A DNA stretch of 34,004 bases from the IMG/VR virus record IMGVR_UViG_3300025084_000105, positions 1 to 34,004 of that record, one strand, 5' to 3'. Source of the DNA: a virus (Duplodnaviria > Caudoviricetes). A model generated the notes under the pieces. The model was not told where the DNA came from, made no database searches, and saw nothing but the letters and a program-made list of their open reading frames with translations. How positions within the stretch are numbered: the first letter of the stretch is position 1; the number at the start of each line of letters is the position of its first letter. Below, piece by piece: positions 27,028 through 34,004 of this stretch. Position numbers and translations under genes: made by a program.

Positions 27028-27978
27028 ATGAGTTGGGGAGAGAAAGCACCGAACAAGACTGAAACTAAAACAAAGACTGTCGAGCCTAAGACTAGGTTTG
27101 ATGAAGCGTATTACAGGAGTTTATTTGAGAATAACACAATGAAAACTGTAACACATAGAGCCGCATTTATAGGCCATGAGAACACGGCTAAAACAGGATT
27201 GGCTCTATCATTACTAGATACAGAAATCAAAGAAGGTAAGAAGGTATATATTTTTGATGTGGATAACTCGGCTAAATCAACGGTTGATTACGTCTATCCT
27301 AATCAAGATAATATTATCGTTCTACCGTTGCACGATGAAACAGATGACTCTATCTTTGATGATGATAACAATGTCGATTACAAAGCGTTGTTGGATAAAA
27401 CGTCATACTACGTGAACATTCTTGCTAACATAGTTAAAGAAGCACCCGACAGTATTGGTGGTATTATCTTTGACGGTGGTTCAACATTCCTAAAATGGTG
27501 TGAACACGCTATGCGAGCCTCACTATTGGATAGAGGTATTATTGAGACAGAAGATGGTACATTCAATCAGAAGGAATGGAGAGAGCGTAACCGTCTATAC
27601 AGAAATATTCTATCAAGACTTCACAGTCTTAATGTGGCTAAGGTATATTTCACCTTCCACTTGAAGGCGGTCTCGCAGTATATGGATGACGGAACAGGTA
27701 AAAAGGTTCTGATGACCGTTGGCTTTAGACCGGAATGGGAGAAAGGTACTATGAGAAAGTTTTCTCAACAGGTATTCCTAAGCAGATACATGAAGAAAGC
27801 AGACCCCGCAGCAGGTGTTGAAGGAGATAGAAGCCTTGCTGATAACGAATGGGTTGTACGTGCTACTATTGAAGAGATGAAAGGTAGTAACATAGAAAAG
27901 GTAGGTACTACACACGATATACTAAGAATAAAAGATGGTAAAGTCGAATGGTACGGGCTACCCTTTATGACGGAGTGA
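27028..27978 (+). CDS. RecA-superfamily ATPase (RadA/Sak4-like)
   Basis: Variant Walker A GHENTAKT, YIFDVD strand, Walker B IIFDGGS. Confidence 0.65.
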   Translation: MSWGEKAPNKTETKTKTVEPKTRFDEAYYRSLFENNTMKTVTHRAAFIGHENTAKTGLALSLLDTEIKEGKKVYIFDVDNSAKSTVDYVYPNQDNIIVLPLHDETDDSIFDDDNNVDYKALLDKTSYYVNILANIVKEAPDSIGGIIFDGGSTFLKWCEHAMRASLLDRGIIETEDGTFNQKEWRERNRLYRNILSRLHSLNVAKVYFTFHLKAVSQYMDDGTGKKVLMTVGFRPEWEKGTMRKFSQQVFLSRYMKKADPAAGVEGDRSLADNEWVVRATIEEMKGSNIEKVGTTHDILRIKDGKVEWYGLPFMTE

Positions 27979-27982
27979 TTGT

Positions 27983-28816
27983 ATGGAGTACCCTGTAATA
28001 GTCGAATGCAATTCTTTGGTGTGGTTGTTGCAGTTAGCACAACGAAAACAAACAATTGACGGTAAAAGTATTCCTCAAATACATTCCGCTTCTTTGATGG
28101 TCGAGAATAATAGGTTGTACTGTCGGTCTTTAGTAAAGGATGGCGTTACTTCTCTGATAAATATATCTATACCTTGTCATGGTGATGGTAATGGTTTGGC
28201 TTTCCCGATTACTGATATTGATAATGTGTTAGGTGTACTCAAATATCATGGCGGTGCTATTAATATGATTAACAAAGGCGATAAGATTATGTTTAAGAGT
28301 GGTAGCAAACAAACTACTATTGGCGGTAATACAAGTGCTAGAGCATTTCCACATACACCGGAAACAATTAGTCAATGGTACACTAAGTCTAACGATATAG
28401 TTAAAAAGATAGACGCAGAAAACAAAACCTACACTAAGAATGACGGTTCTGTTATAGAACCTTTGGTCTTGTTGGAAGGTCTTGACAGCACTACTATGTA
28501 TGAAGCGTTTAGATGTGATTCTATGAACGGACAAAAGTTTAATCAATATAGTGTTTCTTATGAAGAAGGTAAGTTATCAATAGGTGTAGGTAAAGAACTT
28601 AAGGGTAAAACTACTACGGTGATAGATGTTGACGCTTGTGAAGCAGACCCAATAACAGCCACTTACAACGGTGGTTTAGAATACATATTCCGCAATCTTA
28701 ATAGTGATGTTAGTATCGCTATATGGGATTTTACAGAGGTCAACATGGGCTATCCTATGTTGATTACGCTAGGTGATGGCGATTTTATATTCCAAATGAG
28801 TAACATTGGAGAGTGA
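27983..28816 (+). CDS. Putative PCNA-like sliding clamp
   Basis: 277 aa with a two-domain beta/alpha pattern ending ATYNGGLEYIF...YPMLITL. RFC and PolB lie nearby. Confidence 0.55.
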   Translation: MEYPVIVECNSLVWLLQLAQRKQTIDGKSIPQIHSASLMVENNRLYCRSLVKDGVTSLINISIPCHGDGNGLAFPITDIDNVLGVLKYHGGAINMINKGDKIMFKSGSKQTTIGGNTSARAFPHTPETISQWYTKSNDIVKKIDAENKTYTKNDGSVIEPLVLLEGLDSTTMYEAFRCDSMNGQKFNQYSVSYEEGKLSIGVGKELKGKTTTVIDVDACEADPITATYNGGLEYIFRNLNSDVSIAIWDFTEVNMGYPMLITLGDGDFIFQMSNIGE

Positions 28817-28820
28817 TATT

Positions 28821-29096
28821 ATGGTAAATATAACATTGAAAGATATAGAACTAGGAGAAAACAGTAAGGTGATTGAGATTGATGGAGAAGAATACAACGT
28901 AAGTGTTGGCTTTTATCCTTCATCTAATAAAGGGCTTCATAGAGAAGAAGCATGGTTGCGTACCGAGTACGTTGACAACGGTAAGACTATGGCAGAGATA
29001 GGTGCTATGTGCGGTGTAACTGCTATGGCTGTTAACGCATGGCTAAACAAACACGGTATTACCACTAGACCTAGAGGACAAAGGAAATCTTTATAA
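28821..29096 (+). CDS. Small HTH protein
   Basis: WLRTEYVDNGKTMAEIGAMCGVTAMAVNAWLNKHGI. Confidence 0.75.
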   Translation: MVNITLKDIELGENSKVIEIDGEEYNVSVGFYPSSNKGLHREEAWLRTEYVDNGKTMAEIGAMCGVTAMAVNAWLNKHGITTRPRGQRKSL

Positions 29097-29187
29097 GCGT
29101 AATCACAGGAGATTATAATATGAGCCAAGAGTGTTTAATTTGTGGTGCGTATAATGATAGAAACTGTGGATGTTGGAGAGATAGATT

Positions 29188-29337
29188 ATGGTAAGACCAC
29201 GTAAGTTTCCTTTTACCGCTTGTGAAAAGTGTGGTGCTAATTTCTCTTGGATTTTTTATGACAACGTAGAAGGCGAAGGTGATATTTATGAGTGTGAAAA
29301 TTGTAACCACATGATAATAGATAGGGTAGTCGCATGA
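29188..29337 (+). CDS. Zn-ribbon microprotein (49 aa, CEKC...CENC)
   Basis: Translated by hand. ATGA overlap with polB. Preceded by a 24-aa Cys ORF at 29120-29194. Confidence 0.6.
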   Translation: MVRPRKFPFTACEKCGANFSWIFYDNVEGEGDIYECENCNHMIIDRVVA

Positions 29338-31571
29338 TTGTCGAAAGAGGAAGAGGTCGAGATATAATTATCAGAGGTCGAGACAAAAACAATGCTAGGT
29401 ACGAAAAAACTATCACAGGATATTGGCCTTATGCCTTTGTATCTGATGTGGATGCCGAACATATAGATGAAGCGGTTCGTAAAGAAAGTGGCTACACAGG
29501 TCTTTATGGTGAAAGTCTGACTAAAATAGTTTGTGCTACACCTTTTGACGTTAAACAATTATCTTATTACGGTACTACATGGGAAGCAAACATTCCCTAT
29601 GTTAATAGAGTTTTGTCTGATTATATCAATGACGGCAACGACCCCATAGAAAACTACAACCACAGGACATGGTACATGGATTGTGAGTGGTCTCCTACAA
29701 CAAATAAAATGAGGGTAATGGTAGTTTACGATAGTTTTACCGAAAAGGAATACGTTTGGTTTGTAGAACCAACGCTTGCGGGGCAGGGTCTTAAAGACGG
29801 GCAGGGTAAGGCTTACAAAGAATATGGTGAGTACAAATACGAAACACCTGCTATGGGTTTTGCTACTGAAAGAGATATGCTTATTCACTTTTTGCGGCAT
29901 ATGAAAAGACAAGACCCCGATATTATAGCGGGTTGGTATGTTGTAGGTGCTGACATAAAACAGATAATGGAAAGATGTAGGGCTTGTGGTCTGTCGGAGT
30001 TGACTCTTTCTCCTATGAGAAAGGTTAGATATGAGTTTAAGGATTGGGCGCAACCAATAGTCGGTAGGAATTGTATAGACTTGATGCTTGCTGTTTCTAA
30101 ACTATGGGAGTTGAAGAATGGAAAATTGCCTTCCTACAAACTAGACGATGTGGCTTACGAGATATTAGGTGAACAGAAAATCCAATTAGAGAAAGGTCAT
30201 AACGAATCATGGTGGGAAGATAAGGCTTTGTATTTACACTACGCTAGACAAGATGTTAGACTATTGCCTAAACTAGATGAGGCAGTAAATGCGTTAGATT
30301 ATTATACTTCGCTACAACACATCGTACAATGTGATTTGAGGTCAACACCCTTTATCACAAAGATGTTCAGTCAATTGGTTTTGACTGACTCTGATTTCGA
30401 CAGAAGGATTCCTACACAACCACAGTTTGCTAAGGTTGATTATGAAGGCGCTGATATATTAGATGTTGAGGCAGGTGTTTATGATAACGTAGGTATCTTA
30501 GATATAAAGGCTATGTATCACAGTAATGCTGCTAAGTATAATATCAGTTGGGATAGTTTAGACTCCGAAGGAGTAGACTGCGGGAACGGCACTAAGTTTT
30601 CACAGGATAAAAAAGGATTACTTGTAAGACAAATGGATAAGATGACAGACTTAAGAAATATTTTTAAGATGAAAATGCTTGTCTCGGATGGTGATAAGAA
30701 AAGAAAGTGGGATTGTATGCAGTTTGCCGCTAAGACTTTAGTTGCTTCTATGTATGGTGTTTGTGGAGATGCTAAGTACGGTATGTATCATCCCGACATA
30801 GCGGCTGCTATCACACACACTTCAAGAGCCTCTTTGGGTGAACTTATGGTAGAAGCACAGAGAGTAGGTTTCAATGTTATCTACGGCCACACGGACTCTG
30901 TATTCTGTCAAATACCTACGCCCGAAAAAGGTTTAGAATTGTTGCCTTTAATCAACGAAAGAATAGCGCCAATGGAAGCCGAGTTTGAAAAGTGGTGTCC
31001 TAGACTTATCATGGTAGCCAAGAATAGATATACGGGTAAAGTAACTTGGACAGATGGTGAGTATCATACACCAAACATTTACGTTAAAGGTATTGAGATG
31101 AAGCAAAGTAGGATGCCTAAAGTAATGAAGGATGCTATGCTCGATACTATTACGGGTATACTAAATCGTGAAAGTGAGGATGCTACCACACAGCGTATAT
31201 CAGAATTAATTACGTCTGTAATGGGGGGTAAAACACCTGCGAAAGATTTGTGTATGAAAGGAAAGATAGAAAGGGATTTGTCGCAATACAAAGTCCTGTC
31301 CGGTTCATCAGCAGGTGCGGCTTGGGCTAATGAGTTTCTAGGTAAAGGATATAGAGCAGGGTCTTTCTTCTTAGTAACACTAGATGATGACGGTAAGTAT
31401 ATCGCATTTGACGACCCCTCTGAAATTGAAGGTATCAAAAGTATAGGGGTAAAAGTATTAGTTGATAGATTTATTATCAAGAAGATAACACCTTACTTTG
31501 AGTTGGCGGGTTGGAATACGCAACCGTTACAAAACGCAAAGAATGGTTTAGCCCATGTTGAGTGGGTATAG
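29334..31571 (+). CDS. polB: Family B DNA polymerase
   Basis: Exonuclease motifs MDCEW, GW....D and YARQD. Polymerase motifs DIKAMYHS, KTLVASMYG, YGHTDS, KNRY and KGIE. Confidence 0.95.
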   Translation: MIVERGRGRDIIIRGRDKNNARYEKTITGYWPYAFVSDVDAEHIDEAVRKESGYTGLYGESLTKIVCATPFDVKQLSYYGTTWEANIPYVNRVLSDYINDGNDPIENYNHRTWYMDCEWSPTTNKMRVMVVYDSFTEKEYVWFVEPTLAGQGLKDGQGKAYKEYGEYKYETPAMGFATERDMLIHFLRHMKRQDPDIIAGWYVVGADIKQIMERCRACGLSELTLSPMRKVRYEFKDWAQPIVGRNCIDLMLAVSKLWELKNGKLPSYKLDDVAYEILGEQKIQLEKGHNESWWEDKALYLHYARQDVRLLPKLDEAVNALDYYTSLQHIVQCDLRSTPFITKMFSQLVLTDSDFDRRIPTQPQFAKVDYEGADILDVEAGVYDNVGILDIKAMYHSNAAKYNISWDSLDSEGVDCGNGTKFSQDKKGLLVRQMDKMTDLRNIFKMKMLVSDGDKKRKWDCMQFAAKTLVASMYGVCGDAKYGMYHPDIAAAITHTSRASLGELMVEAQRVGFNVIYGHTDSVFCQIPTPEKGLELLPLINERIAPMEAEFEKWCPRLIMVAKNRYTGKVTWTDGEYHTPNIYVKGIEMKQSRMPKVMKDAMLDTITGILNRESEDATTQRISELITSVMGGKTPAKDLCMKGKIERDLSQYKVLSGSSAGAAWANEFLGKGYRAGSFFLVTLDDDGKYIAFDDPSEIEGIKSIGVKVLVDRFIIKKITPYFELAGWNTQPLQNAKNGLAHVEWV

Positions 31572-31606
31572 TAATCTTTATAACCGTAATTAGATGAGGG
31601 GTATAT

Positions 31607-31915
31607 ATGTCGAAGAAAGTTAGTCAAGAAGAATTGAATGAAGTAATAGGCAATTTCTCTAGGGAAGTTGCACACGTATTACAAGTATTAGGTGCTGATG
31701 TGATAAAGATGCAGACTATGTTATACAACCATTTAGACGAAGAAGGTAAGATAGAGAGAATTGTCTGTACGAATTGTGGAGAAGAATTGTTGAGACCTAA
31801 TATTCGTGGTGTCGAAAAGAGTGATGACTGCCCTGCTTGTGGTGAGAACATTTTTGGAAACTCACAGAGTACGTTTGAAAATTGGGATGCAGGAATAACA
31901 CAAGAAGAAGAGTGA
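31607..31915 (+). CDS. Zn-ribbon protein (CTNC...CPAC)
   Basis: ORF track, class TTTATAACCGTAAT promoter 30 nt upstream. Confidence 0.75.
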   Translation: MSKKVSQEELNEVIGNFSREVAHVLQVLGADVIKMQTMLYNHLDEEGKIERIVCTNCGEELLRPNIRGVEKSDDCPACGENIFGNSQSTFENWDAGITQEEE

Positions 31916-31919
31916 AATT

Positions 31920-32744
31920 ATGAATGCGTCATCTTATAATCCTATGGATGAAGGTTCACTAAGAATTAGTAAGTCCTCATTTATGACATACAAAATGTGT
32001 CCTCGACAATTTTATTGGAGATACATAGCAGATATACCTACCCCACCTGCTACTGAGCAGATGATTAGGGGTACTAAAATACATAATGTTATGGAGAGAG
32101 GTTTATTAGACGGTGCTGATGTACTGATGGAAGCCGCAGAACATGAGGGTGTCGCAGATGACGAAGGTGTTGATTCATTAAACCTTCTATTGCATCAGAT
32201 AGCGCATGACATGGGTGGTTTTGAAGTAGTTGAAGCAGAGGTTAAACACGAAGTCTATGAAGAGATAGACGGACATCCTGTTGTGTGGGTGGGTCTTATA
32301 GACGGTGTGTTGAAGCATCCCGAAACAGGAAAATTGGTATTAGTAGAATTAAAGACAGGCAATATGTCTATGTCTAAACTAGGTAGGACTAGAAAGGAAT
32401 TGGTGTATTATACTAGGATGCTAAGGAAGTTAGATTATGAAGATGTATCACACTTCTTATACATTAGCCCCGACTATGAATACGATGAAGATGATAAATT
32501 ATTGTTAGAGGGTGATAAGAGAGGAAAAACAATGTGGGTAGGCGCAGAGCGTGGGTTCGCATTATTAGAACCGTTTTTAGAGCGTTCCTATAATGCCTTT
32601 GAGGAATCATTATATGACACTATTGACTCACTTACTTCCCACCAATGGCCTATGAAATGGAATGATTATTTCTGCCCTATGTGGTGTGATTTCTCACTTA
32701 ATTGTGAGGCAGAATTGAACGGTATTACGGAGTGGGGCTTGTGA
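31920..32744 (+). CDS. Cas4-like / PD-(D/E)XK exonuclease with Fe-S cysteines
   Basis: CPRQF, GTKIH, GLIDGV, VELKTG and C-terminal CPMWC.....C. Confidence 0.85.
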   Translation: MNASSYNPMDEGSLRISKSSFMTYKMCPRQFYWRYIADIPTPPATEQMIRGTKIHNVMERGLLDGADVLMEAAEHEGVADDEGVDSLNLLLHQIAHDMGGFEVVEAEVKHEVYEEIDGHPVVWVGLIDGVLKHPETGKLVLVELKTGNMSMSKLGRTRKELVYYTRMLRKLDYEDVSHFLYISPDYEYDEDDKLLLEGDKRGKTMWVGAERGFALLEPFLERSYNAFEESLYDTIDSLTSHQWPMKWNDYFCPMWCDFSLNCEAELNGITEWGL

Positions 32745-32749
32745 TTGGT

Positions 32750-32887
32750 ATGGAATGTATTGCGTGTGGTTCAGATGACCTGTGGGAAGGTTCAGAAGTT
32801 ATTTGGAGAGTGAACGGTCAGACAGGTAATGCCCCCGAACAGATTACTATTTGGGCTTGTGAGTGCGGAAGTCAACAAACGGAGTGA
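32750..32887 (+). CDS. Zn-ribbon microprotein (45 aa, CIAC...CEC)
   Basis: Translated by hand. Fills the gap before the primase. Confidence 0.55.
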   Translation: MECIACGSDDLWEGSEVIWRVNGQTGNAPEQITIWACECGSQQTE

Positions 32888-32891
32888 AAAA

Positions 32892-33887
32892 ATGCCGTTG
32901 GATTTTCCTAGAGAGATTGGCTTGCGCCGTACTCTTTGTATGAGTAGAGATGACTTTGATACTTATATCGAAAAAGTAAATGGTAAGGCTTCCTGTTATA
33001 CTTCCCTGTATTCGTTTGAGAGAAAAGATGAAAGAAGGTCTTGGAAGATGGATGTTGAGTCAGTAGTCATGGACAGAGCATGGTGGGATTTTGATATGTT
33101 AGACGGTGGAAACCTAGAGGATGTCAAGAAAGATGTCGCTACATTAATCGCTAGATTAAATGGTGATGTTAGAACTGTATTCACAGGGAGAGGATTTCAC
33201 GTTCACCAATTCTTCGACACGCCTGTAAAGGGTACTATGATTTCTAAACATTTAGATAGATACCAAAGGTTGATGGCTCAAGGGTTGATAACATTAGACG
33301 GTGTAGGCTTCCCACAAAAACTTACACGTATACCCGACACCTACAACCCCACTAGAGGTAAATGGTCTGTAAATATAGATACGGAAGCATTCATAAAAAG
33401 TCCTCTAAAATATAACATACCTAATAGACCGCAAGAGGCTCTATTACATTTAGACCCCTTTAGAGGTGAAAGACCTAATGATGGTTTCAATATCAGAAAA
33501 TGGATTGCTGATAACCCTAGAAAAGAAGTGCCTATACCTGTTACACAGTTTGATGGTAAGATTGGAAACGCAGGTCTAATACCTATACCACCGTGTTTAG
33601 AAAAGGCTATGAACCATGAAAACCCTAAACATACACATAGGATAGCATTAGTGCAACACTTAGCGGAAAACCTAAGATGGTTTGCACATCCCTCGACTTT
33701 GACACAAGAGCAAAGAAGAGACACAATAGATACAATAGTTAATTTTATCTCTAAACTAAATTGGAGAGACTTTAACGAACATACATCAAGATTCCACGTT
33801 GGTAGTGTAATAGACTACGAACACGTTCCCACTAAGTGCTGTACGGATGCAGGGGCTTGTTGGGCGCATGATGGAGTAAAGAGGTAA
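32892..33887 (+). CDS. Archaeo-eukaryotic primase, PriS fused to a PriL-like C-terminal domain
   Basis: WWDFD, TGRGFHV and RIPDTYN, then PPCL...H.HR..LV and terminal Cys residues. GGAGTGA RBS before MPLDFP. Confidence 0.88.
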   Translation: MPLDFPREIGLRRTLCMSRDDFDTYIEKVNGKASCYTSLYSFERKDERRSWKMDVESVVMDRAWWDFDMLDGGNLEDVKKDVATLIARLNGDVRTVFTGRGFHVHQFFDTPVKGTMISKHLDRYQRLMAQGLITLDGVGFPQKLTRIPDTYNPTRGKWSVNIDTEAFIKSPLKYNIPNRPQEALLHLDPFRGERPNDGFNIRKWIADNPRKEVPIPVTQFDGKIGNAGLIPIPPCLEKAMNHENPKHTHRIALVQHLAENLRWFAHPSTLTQEQRRDTIDTIVNFISKLNWRDFNEHTSRFHVGSVIDYEHVPTKCCTDAGACWAHDGVKR

Positions 33888-33891
33888 TAAT

Positions 33892-34004
33892 ATGATGACA
33901 ATGGAACTTATAACAATAGCACAAGCAAAAGTATGTAATATGTGTGGTAGTGAATGGACTACACAGACGACACTAGAAAAGTATTGCGGTAAATGTAACT
34001 CCCA
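33892..34004 (+). CDS. Zn-ribbon protein, 3'-truncated
   Basis: GAGGT RBS, CNMC...CGKC, open to the window end. Confidence 0.55.
   Translation, partial: MMTMELITIAQAKVCNMCGSEWTTQTTLEKYCGKCNS

Larger units (their letters stand above)
17530..31607 (+). promoter_or_regulatory. Promoter class TTTATAA(C/G)CGTA(A/G)T in the replication module
   Basis: Copies at 17530, 22995, 23906, 26998, 29090 and 31577. The ATG is 30-31 nt from the start of the motif in 5 of 6. Confidence 0.85.

Noticed and set aside
16955-29780. Extra ACGCTTG(C/T)G copies at 16955, 22118, 28632 and 29772
   Set aside because: They are intragenic and lack the TATA and ATG spacing of the regulon, so they were not counted as promoters, though they could still be binding sites.
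29334-31571. Intein or inactivated polymerase
   Set aside because: The 745-aa length leaves no room for an intein and no splice motifs were seen. Key catalytic Asp residues are retained.
8080-33724. Minus-strand ORFs in the 8-34 kb region
   Set aside because: They are shadows of well-supported plus-strand genes, with no promoters or motifs recognised.
1-34004. tRNA, rRNA, integrase or transposase genes
   Set aside because: None recognised by eye. tRNAscan-SE and HMM searches would be needed to exclude them formally.

Overview
The window is part of a tailed archaeal virus genome, most likely a Magrovirus-like virus of Marine Group II/Poseidoniales. That assignment is inferred from gene content and archaeal BRE-TATA leaderless promoters; no database search was run. 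It has four blocks. (1) 1-2800: a metallophosphoesterase and the terminase large subunit. (2) About 2850-8050: a largely non-coding early-like region with about 30 hand-counted BRE-TATA elements for about 12 tiny ORFs. It contains tandem helically phased promoters, three gene-less convergent promoter pairs, a 25-bp BRE-TATA tandem array, repeated cassette-boundary hairpins and a candidate ~200-nt structured ncRNA. (3) 8100-17350: small accessory genes (DUF932, pyrimidine-dimer glycosylase-like, MazG-like, many acidic or Zn-finger proteins), whose promoters carry ACGCTTGCG 54-57 nt upstream of the ATG. (4) 17350-34004: a candidate origin, then a replication/chaperone module (PAC2-like, MCM-like AAA+, RFC small and a degenerate RFC large, SSB/RPA-like, GroES, GroEL, RecA-family ATPase, PCNA-like, PolB, Cas4-like nuclease, PriS-PriL primase), with a third promoter class TTTATAACCGTAAT. 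The most unusual signal is the promoter/ncRNA architecture of block 2 and the three-tier promoter code. No tRNA, rRNA or CRISPR array was recognised.
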